The notes under the pieces were generated by a model. It made no database searches. It was not told where the DNA came from and was given only the letters and a program-made list of their open reading frames with translations. The position numbers and the translations under genes were made by a program. DNA of 64,000 nt, taken from IMG/VR virus record IMGVR_UViG_3300029913_000009, positions 34,290 to 98,289 of that record, one strand, 5' to 3'. The stretch is from a virus. Positions 10,782 to 20,298 of the stretch are shown here, piece by piece. Every line of letters starts with the position of its first letter. The first letter of the stretch is position 1.

Positions 10782-10967
10782 TTATGCCGCAGCCGAAGCT
10801 GCTTTCTCCTTCTTAATAAAGCGGTATACAGATGAGGCTTCTCCGGGAAATCCATTAGATACGAGCGCCCTGTAAATTTTTGCCACTCTAACCTTTTTTG
10901 ATACCAAGTCTTCAATCAACTCGCGGTGGGGTTCACAGATGCTAGACTGCTCTCGCCGGATAAGCAT
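10782..10967 (-). CDS. small HTH-like protein (61 aa)
   Basis: LVSKKVRVAKIYRALVSNGF resembles an HTH. Confidence 0.35.
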   Translation of the reverse strand: MLIRREQSSICEPHRELIEDLVSKKVRVAKIYRALVSNGFPGEASSVYRFIKKEKAASAAA

Positions 10968-10968
10968 G

Positions 10969-11340
10969 TTAATCGAACGAAAGGTCTCCGAGTATGTCAG
11001 CTAGAAATGAAGCTGGATTACTAGAGGGAGCGGCCTGCAAAGATTCCCCATTATCCACCTCGTCAACTACGAGGCGTACCACTTTATTTCCTTTAACGGC
11101 CCAGAAATCCTTTGTGCTCTCGCAGACGAACTGGTTTCCTGCGACTCGAATGAGCCCAAGACTGGCTATCTTCTGACGAACCTCGGGAGACAGTTTAGCT
11201 TCTGAAAAGTGATTTTTGGAGAAAACTGAATCGGTAGTCTTTGAGCCACCCAGTCCGAATGATGTACCAGCACGAAGTTTCATTTCTCGTATACCTCTAT
11301 CTAGAGGAGTGATAGTTGAAATTCTCTGTAATAACCCCAA
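10969..11340 (-). CDS. hypothetical protein; probable true start is MKLRAG at 11283, placed 4-5 nt after a GGTATAC element
   Basis: ORF track entry. The upstream minus-strand sequence CTAGATAGAGGTATACGAGAA-ATG is a degenerate copy of the phage promoter. Confidence 0.4.
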   Translation of the reverse strand: MGLLQRISTITPLDRGIREMKLRAGTSFGLGGSKTTDSVFSKNHFSEAKLSPEVRQKIASLGLIRVAGNQFVCESTKDFWAVKGNKVVRLVVDEVDNGESLQAAPSSNPASFLADILGDLSFD

Positions 11341-11391
11341 ATTGCAAACTCAGTTTTTCAACTATTCATACCTCAGTAGAGGTTTATTTCT

Positions 11392-12183
11392 ATGTTAACG
11401 GCCAATAATCAAATTTTCTCCTCACAAGCCGCACTGAACGGAAGCTGGAGAAATATTCAAAACTGGATTAACTTCAGTCTGGAAGTCACCGGGCTGGAAG
11501 GAAACGTATGGGTGGAAGTTTCAAACGACCCCAACGTATTGACTGACGGTGCCACTATCTCGGCTCCTGCGGCTCCTGTGCTTTCTCAGTACACCCCGAC
11601 AACAGACAGTCACATTGTAGGTGTGCCGACTAACACCACTTATTATGTGAAGAACACTTTTGTAACACCTAACAGTCTTAATCCCACGGGCGGGACGACT
11701 GTGACTACGACTGGCGAGACCACCGCCAGCACAGAGACAAGTCTGCTCGTTACCGCTGGCAACCTCTTGGTAGTTGCCCCACCGGCTCAGGACACCAATA
11801 AGGTATCGGTTGGATGGAACACCTACATCAGCACAGCTTCGGGTACAGAGACCTTACAAAATCTGGAAGACAATGTGATCGTCGCCCCGCGAGGCTTTGG
11901 TCAAAGCTTCATTCTTACAAACTGGGGTTTGAGCACAGCCGGGAAAGCGTTGCCGGGGTCAAATACATCGGCACAAGCAGCGTCGGGAATCAACCTTACT
12001 AGCAACTTGGCTGCGGGGAGCTATTCAGCACCATCAGCCCTAACTCAAACTCAGGTGCTTGTAACTTCTGCCGGGGCTATCATCAATCCCTCTGGCCTTA
12101 TCTGGAATTTCATTCGTGTCTGCAAGGACAGTACAGCTAACACCATGGTCACCAAGGCTTATCTGTTCGGGCAGAGTGCATAA
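11392..12183 (+). CDS. Thr/Ser/Gly-rich beta-rich protein, tail-fibre or receptor-binding-like (263 aa)
   Basis: Composition and low-complexity T/S/G/N-rich beta-strand character. It is one of the few plus-strand genes. Confidence 0.45.
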   Translation: MLTANNQIFSSQAALNGSWRNIQNWINFSLEVTGLEGNVWVEVSNDPNVLTDGATISAPAAPVLSQYTPTTDSHIVGVPTNTTYYVKNTFVTPNSLNPTGGTTVTTTGETTASTETSLLVTAGNLLVVAPPAQDTNKVSVGWNTYISTASGTETLQNLEDNVIVAPRGFGQSFILTNWGLSTAGKALPGSNTSAQAASGINLTSNLAAGSYSAPSALTQTQVLVTSAGAIINPSGLIWNFIRVCKDSTANTMVTKAYLFGQSA

Positions 12184-12404
12184 GTTTCGCCGGTCAACTG
12201 ATGTAGTCGGACTCGTGTTCGGCTTAGGTATTAAGGGTGGCGGGTCAGACGGCGAATCAATAACATGGGTCGCCACCTAATAATTTTGGCAAGTGTAGCC
12301 TTAAGGCAGGAAAGCATCAATAATTTACAATCGGCCATACACTATTTGAACTTTCATAAACCTAAATAGAGACTGTGCCGTTTGGGCACTGTAAGGAGAC
12401 TACT

Positions 12405-13385
12405 ATGGCAATTCCAACACTGGTTCAAAAAGGCAAAAACTCGGTTGTCTATGCTACCAATGCACTTCAGGTGGCATTACCTACCACGGCAACGGCAGGT
12501 AACTGCCTCGTCATCGCAATTGAGGCTGCTAAAGTTACCGATCCTTTCAGCGTTACTCAGATGGCTGCTGGGGCAGATCGTATCGACGGTTCAACTCTTG
12601 TAACCGCCCCTCCAGTTGTTAAGGATAACCTTGGCAACACATTCTCGATCATTGACAGCCTCATCAATTTTGACGGCGACCTTGGTTACTACTCGACTAC
12701 CTATCTTTACTATGCGGCAAACGTCGCTGGCGGTAATCAGTATTTCAACGTCACTGTTGCTGATGTTACAGGAAGACCGACCTTTAATCATGGGCTCAAT
12801 GCTCAGGTGTATGAGTTCTCTGGCATCTCCACCAGCCCTCTCGACGGACATAACAGTCAAGAGTCTAATGCTAACCCTGCCGTAGCCCCCTCCATCACTA
12901 CTACTGCAACTGGCGATTTGGTTTTCCTTGTTGGGCACGCTCGTAAGACAGGTTCCATTTCTGTTCCCTCTGGTTTCACCCTTCTTGACTCCGGTCGAAT
13001 CAACGGCACTGCGAATGACTACCACGTCAGCGGGTTCCTTACTGGTGGCTCCATTGCTTCTCAGACGGTCACCATTGCTGATATTGCTATCACTTCAAAT
13101 GTGTTGACAGTCACTGGAACTAACACCCTCCAGACAGGGGCTACAGTCCTGCTTGCAGGTCTTACCACGAACACCTTTCTGAACGGCCAGACTGTGACAG
13201 TAACAGGTTCCACTGGTTCAACCTTTACCGCAGCCTTCACTCATGCTAACGTGAGCAGCGGTGTAGATACAGGCACTGCGGTTGGCGGACCAGCGTTGCT
13301 CCCTACAGGGGGTTACCAGCCGGGGTTTGTCAATCCGGGTCGCTACAACATCGGTGTAAGCATCCTCGCTCTGAAGCACAGCTAA
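12405..13385 (+). CDS. Thr/Gly/Ser-rich tail-fibre-like protein (start at ATG 12405 after TAAGGAG)
   Basis: Shine-Dalgarno TAAGGAG at 12390-12396. Long T/G/S/V-rich repeats (TVTGTNTLQTGATV.. GQTVTVTGSTGSTFT) and a terminator immediately downstream. Confidence 0.5.
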   Translation: MAIPTLVQKGKNSVVYATNALQVALPTTATAGNCLVIAIEAAKVTDPFSVTQMAAGADRIDGSTLVTAPPVVKDNLGNTFSIIDSLINFDGDLGYYSTTYLYYAANVAGGNQYFNVTVADVTGRPTFNHGLNAQVYEFSGISTSPLDGHNSQESNANPAVAPSITTTATGDLVFLVGHARKTGSISVPSGFTLLDSGRINGTANDYHVSGFLTGGSIASQTVTIADIAITSNVLTVTGTNTLQTGATVLLAGLTTNTFLNGQTVTVTGSTGSTFTAAFTHANVSSGVDTGTAVGGPALLPTGGYQPGFVNPGRYNIGVSILALKHS

Positions 13386-13407
13386 ACCACACTACGGTAC
13401 AACTGAA

Positions 13408-13440
13408 AAAAGCGGCCCACAAGGCCGCTTTTTTATTGCT
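13408..13440 (+). terminator. rho-independent terminator
   Basis: AAGCGGCC-CACA-AGGCCGCTT hairpin followed by TTTTTATT. Confidence 0.75.
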
Positions 13441-13550
13441 CAAAGGTACTCTTACCTCAGTATTAAGGTACAGTACGAGGCGGTTCAAGACACACGCTGC
13501 CTTATACGTAGATTACCACAAATCTAAAATTTGTCAATAAGAATGGGAAA

Positions 13551-14291
13551 ATGAGCGAAAACACACCGTATTTTGAAAGCATCACTTCGATTCGGGCAAT
13601 GCTTCTGGACGAGGACGAACAGCTAGAAGGGGCTACAACTATTAGTCTTGAAACTCAGGCCGACTTGGCCGAAGATGATATTTTGAGTTTCATTGGAGAG
13701 AACTTTGACCGTTTTTTAAAGACACTTAGATTCTTAAAAAGAGAGGATCAGGAGTTATTGCTCAGTTACTACCTTCTTAGCAAGACGCAAAACACCCTAG
13801 CCATCATACATAAGTCAACTCAAACAGTATGCAGCTTCCGTATCAGGATGGCAGTCAGAACTTTGGGGACGTTTATGCTGGTCGGCGGAGAGCCCACCGA
13901 AGAACTACTGCATGAGGTTTTAGACAAAGCGGGGTTGGAAAATTCACTGGATAAAGCTCCCCTATCTAAAGTCATTATGGAGTATGTCAGGTGCCGAAAC
14001 TTTCAACAGGTAGCCCTCCATTTCGGCCTACACCGACCTGACGTGCGTCGAGCGATGTCACGGGCATCCAAGGCCCTCATGGACTCCAAGGACGGCAAGG
14101 AAGCAGCTACAGCAGCTTGGGTGCATAGTCTAATTGATAAGGTGAGCGCGGTCGGCGTCGGCTTCTCTAAACGCAAAGCGCAGAAGATGGGTCACCTTTA
14201 TCGCAGTGATCCCGGCATCCTCGGCCAGTTCCGTATGGACATAGAAGACCCGAACTTCGGCCACATGTTTGTGTCGCGTGCGAACCGCTGA
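13551..14291 (+). CDS. sigma-factor-like or HTH regulator (246 aa) with two sigma-70 region-4-like HTH segments
   Basis: SKVIMEYVRCRNFQQVALHFGLHRPDVRRAMSRASKAL and ELLLSYYLLSKTQNTLAIIHKSTQTV resemble region 4 / HTH_LuxR-like helices. Confidence 0.35.
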   Translation: MSENTPYFESITSIRAMLLDEDEQLEGATTISLETQADLAEDDILSFIGENFDRFLKTLRFLKREDQELLLSYYLLSKTQNTLAIIHKSTQTVCSFRIRMAVRTLGTFMLVGGEPTEELLHEVLDKAGLENSLDKAPLSKVIMEYVRCRNFQQVALHFGLHRPDVRRAMSRASKALMDSKDGKEAATAAWVHSLIDKVSAVGVGFSKRKAQKMGHLYRSDPGILGQFRMDIEDPNFGHMFVSRANR

Positions 14292-14805
14292 TGAACGAAA
14301 AGATACCGAGGTTGGCTACAACATCTGCAAGGGTGGAGAAGGTTATACAGGCCTGTTCACCGATGCAATGAAGGCTGCATGGCACGCCGGTAACAAGAGA
14401 TACTGGGACAGTCAAGAACTTACACCCGGACAAGTATTCAACCGACTAACGGTCGTATCCAAGGCACCCTTGCGGAGGGGTAAGAAGCTTTGGAACTGTC
14501 AGTGTGAGTGTGGCAACACATCTAGAGTCACAACCTCTGCCCTCAAAAGTGGAAACATACGTAGCTGTGGGTGTCTCATCAGCGAAGCTGGTAAACAGCG
14601 GTGGGCTCAACGAGAACTCATCGGCCAGACCTTTGGGCATCTCACGGTCGAGTCAGAAGCTGAGCATTACCGGAGCCAGAAGCAATGGAAGTGCCGCTGT
14701 GTATGTGGCCGGTACACCACTGTCCGGACGGGTTCGCTAAAATCAGGCAACACTCAAAGCTGTGGCTACAACCACCCTATAAAGCTGTGGCTACAACCAC
14801 TATAA
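14269..14805 (+). CDS. protein with two copies of a Cys4 zinc-ribbon motif (W.C.C.CG....V....LKSG...SCGC); possibly a truncated homing-endonuclease-like gene
   Basis: The motif is repeated twice and is shared with the N-terminal part of the HNH_3-like protein at 48300-49031. The gene ends in a 17-nt direct duplication (14757-14800). The true start is probably internal, near 14373. Confidence 0.4.
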   Translation: MCRVRTADERKDTEVGYNICKGGEGYTGLFTDAMKAAWHAGNKRYWDSQELTPGQVFNRLTVVSKAPLRRGKKLWNCQCECGNTSRVTTSALKSGNIRSCGCLISEAGKQRWAQRELIGQTFGHLTVESEAEHYRSQKQWKCRCVCGRYTTVRTGSLKSGNTQSCGYNHPIKLWLQPL

Positions 14806-14860
14806 CATCTAAATACGGAACTCATATGTGAACGATAGAAAGACCCAAGGAGCAGTAAAA

Positions 14861-15871
14861 ATGCGGTTCTTAAAGTTGTTTACAGTTGTATCTCTTTTTC
14901 TATCCTCTCTTTCTACAATGGCAGTTTCAGTATCCACTCCACAGAACGCTGCCACAGTGCAGACCACATTCCCCATCGCAGCCACTGCAACCTCGTGCAA
15001 TGGTAAGCCAGTTGTGTCGATGGGCTACTCATTCGATTCATTGCCGACCGTGATGGCCAAAGCTGGTCAAGCTCTGAACGAAGAAGCAACTATAAGTGCG
15101 GGAAGCCATACACTGCGTATCAAAGCGTGGGGCAAGGGTACCGTATGCGTTAACGACATCAACCTCATCGTGGTCAAGCCTCCGGTTTCTCTTATCCCGT
15201 CTTATGCAATCTCTTCGGGTAATCTTACTGGAAACTCGTTATGGAAGTGTCAGCACGACTTAGGCACCAGTGGCTCATCCACAGCAGTCATGACCTACCC
15301 GGTTACGGAGGGTGGGTACACCGATGTGCAGAAGTATGAGGTCACTAGCTACTCAAATTATGGAGGAGAGCGTTGCTCCATTAACTTTGCCAAGGACACT
15401 TCCAGCCACAATTTCATCTATGACGTGTGGATACAGGTTCCGACACCATCACTGGTCGGCAACCTTGAACTGGACATGAATCAGGTGACAACTAACGGAA
15501 ACACTGTAATCTATGCGTTCCAGTGTTCTAAATGGTCTAGCACGTGGGATTATTCCTACGTTTCCAACAATGGCGGAGCGTTGGCACCGAAGTGGGTGCC
15601 CTCAAAGCTTCCGTGCAACGTGAAGAACTGGACAGCCAACACATGGCATCACGTTCAGATTTACACGTCTCGTGATGATTTGGGGAGTGTGACCTATCAC
15701 TGGGTGGCATTCGACGGCGTGGTCAACGAAATCAACACGACCACCTTCGAGGAGCAGGCTTTGAAATGGGCAATGGGTGCTTTGGTGGTAAATTTCCAGA
15801 TCGACCCGGCTCAAAGCACAGGACTTCCCATCACTGTTTATGCTCGTCAACTAACCATCTACCGCTGGTAA
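14861..15871 (+). CDS. secreted protein with N-terminal signal peptide (MRFLKLFTVVSLFLSSLSTMAVS)
   Basis: AAGGAG Shine-Dalgarno 8 nt upstream of the ATG at 14861 (the track start at 14828 is a GTG). Hydrophobic signal peptide. Confidence 0.55.
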   Translation: MRFLKLFTVVSLFLSSLSTMAVSVSTPQNAATVQTTFPIAATATSCNGKPVVSMGYSFDSLPTVMAKAGQALNEEATISAGSHTLRIKAWGKGTVCVNDINLIVVKPPVSLIPSYAISSGNLTGNSLWKCQHDLGTSGSSTAVMTYPVTEGGYTDVQKYEVTSYSNYGGERCSINFAKDTSSHNFIYDVWIQVPTPSLVGNLELDMNQVTTNGNTVIYAFQCSKWSSTWDYSYVSNNGGALAPKWVPSKLPCNVKNWTANTWHHVQIYTSRDDLGSVTYHWVAFDGVVNEINTTTFEEQALKWAMGALVVNFQIDPAQSTGLPITVYARQLTIYRW

Positions 15872-15933
15872 CTACCCCTGATACAAGCACGACAGGTGTG
15901 GGTTCGGTTTGATGTGAAGCAGGTCAACAGGTT

Positions 15934-15985
15934 TCGGCTGTGGTCTTGGTGGTGGTGTCACAGCCGATTTCTTCACCGTCTTTTT
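15934..15985 (+). terminator. probable rho-independent terminator closing the plus-strand island
   Basis: CGGCTGTGG...CACAGCCG hairpin followed by ATTTCTTCACCGTCTTTTT. Confidence 0.5.
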
Positions 15986-16162
15986 CATGATTCCAACTCT
16001 TTCTCCAACGCTCTCTTTGGATGTTTTACAATACCCTTGGTCGCCCGGTCAACTCCCTGAGGCACCACTTTGGTGGAAGGCACGACTCCGATGGCCTCAC
16101 GGGACATTTTTTTGACCTGCGTGACTTTTGAGAACGTGCCTTTCTTTTTCTTGGTCATGACC

Positions 16163-16531
16163 TCACCACGAGTTGTAGAAGCGAATGACAGTGATATTTT
16201 TGGGCAGTTTGGTCACATCGACCTCGAAGCCCTCCTGCATGTCATCACGCCACGGTGTCACAGCACCAAGCTTCTTTTTCTTGGGCTTGTTTGATGGCGG
16301 GGCAGGTACCTTGAAACCTCCGCCGTTGATTGTGAACTGAGGCTCATCTACCTCGTCCACTTCTAAATCCACTTTCACGCCTTGATGGTCAGGTGGTTCG
16401 AAGTTGAAGAATTCATCGACCTCATCAGGTATTTTCACTTCCGCTTTGGTGCAAGCATCATAAATAGCTTTCATTTGATGCCATTTTTCGTCCGGTGGAC
16501 GAAAGCCTACGATGTGTGTTGACATTGACAT
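16163..16531 (-). CDS. hypothetical protein (122 aa)
   Basis: ORF with an AGAGGAG Shine-Dalgarno site upstream. Confidence 0.5.
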   Translation of the reverse strand: MSMSTHIVGFRPPDEKWHQMKAIYDACTKAEVKIPDEVDEFFNFEPPDHQGVKVDLEVDEVDEPQFTINGGGFKVPAPPSNKPKKKKLGAVTPWRDDMQEGFEVDVTKLPKNITVIRFYNSW

Positions 16532-16937
16532 TCGTTTTCTCCTCTTTTACTGCACTCTTCGCCAATACAGAATGTACTGTTTTTCACCGCTTCGCCCTGT
16601 GAATATCCAATCCTCCCCGAGAGGGGGAGAGACCTTCACTTTGCACACTCCCTGAATTCCTCCTTCGATGGCAGTAGGGCTATTGCCAACGCAAATCTCA
16701 ACCGTTTGACCGGCAGCAGGGACTTCTTGATACACACTAACCCAACCGTCATTCATCAGGACTCCTGAGAGACATCGAATACAACATAGGGCATCCTACC
16801 CGGAAACGACGACCATACCTCGCGGGGTAGTAGGTAGTCACCCAACTTCAGGCCGAGGGCAAGGACAACCAAGTCTTCCATATTCCGGTGCTCTCCCCAT
16901 TGCGATGTTTTCCACGTTATCCTTTCTGTTCCATGAA

Positions 16938-17675
16938 TTAGTCCTCGCAGTGTGAACAATCACAATCGTGGTCGTGTTCGTAATCATCCGGGTCGCTCGA
17001 CTCATACCAGTGGTGCTTTCTCACGTACTCGAACGCTTCCTCGATGGTGTTAAACCGCACCGGCTTTCCGAAGCTCTGTCCAAGTTGGATGCAATACTCA
17101 TACCCCTTGGGGTTACTCTTGACATCACGCGGAGCCTCGTAGAACTCCAGCCAGTAGCTGCCGCTCGCCGACAAGGTGTGCTCGAAGATGTCAATCCTCT
17201 TGCAGCCTTTATCTCCAACTTTGATGAAAGGCAGGAGCTTCTGGACTGCCTTAAGCTGCTTATCGTTGCGCCAATGGAATGTCTTCGAGTTCTGTTTATC
17301 AAGACCGATTTTCACAGCAGTTTGCTTGGTGTCCATCCAATGCCCGAATGGGTCCATCAAACCCAGCTTGCGGAACTGCTCACGACGGAAATTGTGCTTG
17401 GCGGTGGACTCGGGGTAGGTATTAAGCAGCCACGCCCAGTCAATTCCCTTTCCCTTGGAAAGTATCAGTTTATCTCTCTGTTCGGTCAGCTTTGCTACCC
17501 GGTTGTACAGCCGGGAAGCCTTCTCTTCTAGCGGGGCCAACGCAGCACGGACTTCACCCCATTGCACTTGAAGCTTAGCAATTTCTGCATCGATGGAGGC
17601 TGGTGTTACAACCTTCTTCTTAGGCACCCGAGGCATTTTCTTCGTGCCCTTAACTTCGTCCCCTTTTTTAGGCAT
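16938..17675 (-). CDS. hypothetical protein (245 aa) with Lys-rich N-terminus, coiled coil and a C-terminal His/Asp/Cys cluster
   Basis: ORF track entry with a C-terminal EHDHDCDCSHCED cluster. Confidence 0.5.
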   Translation of the reverse strand: MPKKGDEVKGTKKMPRVPKKKVVTPASIDAEIAKLQVQWGEVRAALAPLEEKASRLYNRVAKLTEQRDKLILSKGKGIDWAWLLNTYPESTAKHNFRREQFRKLGLMDPFGHWMDTKQTAVKIGLDKQNSKTFHWRNDKQLKAVQKLLPFIKVGDKGCKRIDIFEHTLSASGSYWLEFYEAPRDVKSNPKGYEYCIQLGQSFGKPVRFNTIEEAFEYVRKHHWYESSDPDDYEHDHDCDCSHCED

Positions 17676-17832
17676 CAGAGACTCTCCACTTTCTTGATGA
17701 GTTCCTCACGACGCTCAATATTTCGAGCGGCGTACCCAGCCGTGCCGGGGTTCTTTTTTGCAATCTTACGGTCGGATTCAATCTGCTCATTAAGAGCGTC
17801 GATGATGATTTGCTTTTCCACGGGAGTGAAAA

Positions 17833-18180
17833 TCATATCCCTCTCCTGAATATTGCGAGGGCTTCATCCAATGAAGGCGAGAACATTGGGCCATATTCCC
17901 AACTCATACGCTTGCGGAGCCACCTATCCTCGCCCTGCTTGTCGATGACAATCATGTTGCAACCACGACGATACCGAAACATTCGGTCGTATATGGCGTT
18001 GCGCTCCTCGGCAAATTCCACGAGCTTAACCAATTCCTCATCGGTGTACTTGTCGGTTGGCAGGGAGACAGCGATTACACTCACAAGGTCAGGCTTCTCG
18101 ACTGTGGGGTGGTCATTCTCCCATAGTATCCATTCGAGTTTGGCAATCAGGTCTTGACGATTTAACGTAACTTGATTCAT
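17833..18180 (-). CDS. hypothetical protein (115 aa)
   Basis: ORF with a GGAAGGAAACG Shine-Dalgarno site upstream. Confidence 0.45.
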   Translation of the reverse strand: MNQVTLNRQDLIAKLEWILWENDHPTVEKPDLVSVIAVSLPTDKYTDEELVKLVEFAEERNAIYDRMFRYRRGCNMIVIDKQGEDRWLRKRMSWEYGPMFSPSLDEALAIFRRGI

Positions 18181-18183
18181 GCG

Positions 18184-18345
18184 TTTCCTTCCATGTGTTC
18201 ATGAGCGAAAGTCCAGACAGCCTCAAGCAGATGCTCCTCGCTGATGTGCTCGTCAACTTCAATGGCATTGTGGAGCAACCCCGACTCACAGCCGGGGTAG
18301 GTGCAGACCACAGGGAAGTTGAGAGCTTCCAGTGGGTTCATTCAT
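18184..18345 (-). CDS. small C2H2-type zinc-finger-like peptide (about 53 aa, below the track cut-off)
   Basis: Manual translation gives MNPLEALNFPVVCTYPGCESGLLHNAIEVDEHISEEHLLEAVWTFAHEHMEGNA, with C-x4-C ... H-x4-H spacing. Its stop overlaps the next start (ATGA). Confidence 0.3.
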
Positions 18346-18664
18346 CACCAATTTGACGGCGGAACGCATCAATGCGATAGCCGAGGTCACTTGTCATGCC
18401 CCGCTGGTCAATCTCCAGCAGAGTTTCAAACATCTTCGGAGCGAGGACGACCAGTTCGGCAATCTGCCGCTTATCCTCATCGCTCAGGCCGGGAAGGTCG
18501 GTGCCTTGCGGCTGCTCCACAAGGATATTCAAGACGAATTGACGCAAAACCTTGACGACGCCATCCGGGAACCCGATGGGTCCAATTTCATACTCTGTCT
18601 GTCCGGGCTTCTCATAGAGGTTTACAAACCAGTTGGGCTTGATAAGGTTAGACAGTGGCATCAA
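18338..18664 (-). CDS. hypothetical protein (108 aa)
   Basis: ORF track entry in the operon. Confidence 0.45.
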   Translation of the reverse strand: MMPLSNLIKPNWFVNLYEKPGQTEYEIGPIGFPDGVVKVLRQFVLNILVEQPQGTDLPGLSDEDKRQIAELVVLAPKMFETLLEIDQRGMTSDLGYRIDAFRRQIGDE

Positions 18665-19082
18665 CGGCCTCCGGCTCCGGCTTTACAACCAGAAGCTCCG
18701 ACCCATACGAAAACGTGGGGTTGAAGGTATGAATGGCATTCAAGATGAGTCGAGCAGATTGGATGTCAGCTTTGTACGCCCCGGTCGCAATAAGCATAAC
18801 GTAGGCCAACTGAAGGGAGGTGTTGACCACTTCTTTCTTGCTGTGCTCAGCCGACTCAAGAACGGTCATCAACTCCTCGTAGGTAGGAGCTTCACGGAGT
18901 TCCGGGTACGCCCTGAAGATGGTGGTAGCGGCCTTCTCGGCCTGTCTTCCAGCGCGTTCGGCTTCGCCTTCGTTGTAAGCGTGTTGTGCCTTTTCGGAAA
19001 GAGACCATGCGTCGATGAAAACGTACAGGTCTACAGGTTTGTTCTTGTCCACGAATTTCAGCGGTCCCAAATCCATATTCAT
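18648..19082 (-). CDS. hypothetical protein (144 aa)
   Basis: ORF track entry. Confidence 0.45.
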   Translation of the reverse strand: MNMDLGPLKFVDKNKPVDLYVFIDAWSLSEKAQHAYNEGEAERAGRQAEKAATTIFRAYPELREAPTYEELMTVLESAEHSKKEVVNTSLQLAYVMLIATGAYKADIQSARLILNAIHTFNPTFSYGSELLVVKPEPEAVDATV

Positions 19083-19260
19083 GCCCTCGGTGTCTTCGAC
19101 TGCTTGCCACAGTCGAAGCAGGTTAAAAGTGTTCCGGTCAAAGGTAACTCAGCTACCATCCAAAACAAAGAGCCACCCGGAGCCACAATGGTTTCCTCAC
19201 AGTGAGGACAGGTGAGTTCGATAGTCACGACGGTCTTCTTTAGGGTCTTGGTCTTCATGG

Positions 19261-19587
19261 CTAAATCTCGATGCCACGAGTGTCCAGTTTATGAAACACG
19301 GGTGCGTCGTAAACGTAATCCTCTTCGAGGTTGGTGATAGCGGTGTGCTGGATAATCTTCTTTGCCAACCGCTCCAGCAAGGAATCAATCTCTGTTTGAA
19401 ACCTATCCTTCCCGGCCTTCTGAGCCTCGTGGAAGGTGCGGTAGAAGCCGGAGTAGGCGTTGACCCATGGTTCACGGCGGATACACTTGAATCCACGTTC
19501 GACAAACACCATCTTGGGTGTGGTCTTCTCGGCATTAACCTTTGCGATTAGACCAGAAGTAAAGTGAACTTCAAAAAGAGTTTCCAT
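19261..19587 (-). CDS. hypothetical protein (start METLFEV at 19587 after GGAGAGG)
   Basis: Internal Met with a good Shine-Dalgarno site; the longer upstream extension has none. Confidence 0.4.
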   Translation of the reverse strand: METLFEVHFTSGLIAKVNAEKTTPKMVFVERGFKCIRREPWVNAYSGFYRTFHEAQKAGKDRFQTEIDSLLERLAKKIIQHTAITNLEEDYVYDAPVFHKLDTRGIEI

Positions 19588-19927
19588 CCTCGACCTCTCC
19601 TTCAGCCGCAACGTCTGCGGTATACGCTGGGAACCACTGAAACGTGACACGGTACTTGAGGTTGTGTCCCCATTTGTTCCAGTTGCCACCCCACAGATGG
19701 CAGATACGCATTCCGAGACGACCGGCCTGAAATGCATACGCCGTGTAGGTGTCGGTGAGATGCAAACCCAGTTCTCGTATCTGAAGCTTACGACCCAGCA
19801 CATACAAGGTCGTCGTTACCACCAACACAGCGATGAGCGTGGTAACGGGCCAGCGGATGAAACCGATTTCTGCCGGGAGCCCAAAAGTGACGGCAAGAAT
19901 GATGGACAATACCATTCGCAAGGTCAT
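19571..19927 (-). CDS. small membrane protein (118 aa, 2 TM helices)
   Basis: Hydrophobic segments SIILAVTFGLPAEIGFI and TTLIAVLVVTTTLYVL. Confidence 0.45.
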   Translation of the reverse strand: MTLRMVLSIILAVTFGLPAEIGFIRWPVTTLIAVLVVTTTLYVLGRKLQIRELGLHLTDTYTAYAFQAGRLGMRICHLWGGNWNKWGHNLKYRVTFQWFPAYTADVAAEGEVEDGNSF

Positions 19928-20298
19928 TACCTTTCCTTCATAATGTTAAACGCCTCGTTCACCTCGGCCATAACTTCCAACCGAGTCATTTCCATGAGCG
20001 CACGGACAGCCGGGAATGACGAGTGTCGTGCCATCACGACGCGAAAGGTGAACCGAAGGTGTTCATTGAATTCCTCATCGGACATCGCCAGCAACCGCTT
20101 GGCCTCGTAGTCAGGGCTTTCACGCTTTTGGAGGGTCTCCAAATCGCTTACGATGTCGCCCAGCGAGATGTCAGTAGGTTCCCACTCAGGGTTCGGGTTC
20201 CATGACTCGGAGGACTCCTTCTCGCAGACGGCATGAACGAGCCGACCAAGTCGGGTCTTGAGCTTGAGCCAGCCGATAATTTCTGCGGTCGTTTTCAT
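19927..20298 (-). CDS. hypothetical protein (start MKTTAEII at 20298 after AGGAAGG)
   Basis: Internal Met with a Shine-Dalgarno site; start overlap with the downstream gene. Confidence 0.4.
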   Translation of the reverse strand: MKTTAEIIGWLKLKTRLGRLVHAVCEKESSESWNPNPEWEPTDISLGDIVSDLETLQKRESPDYEAKRLLAMSDEEFNEHLRFTFRVVMARHSSFPAVRALMEMTRLEVMAEVNEAFNIMKER

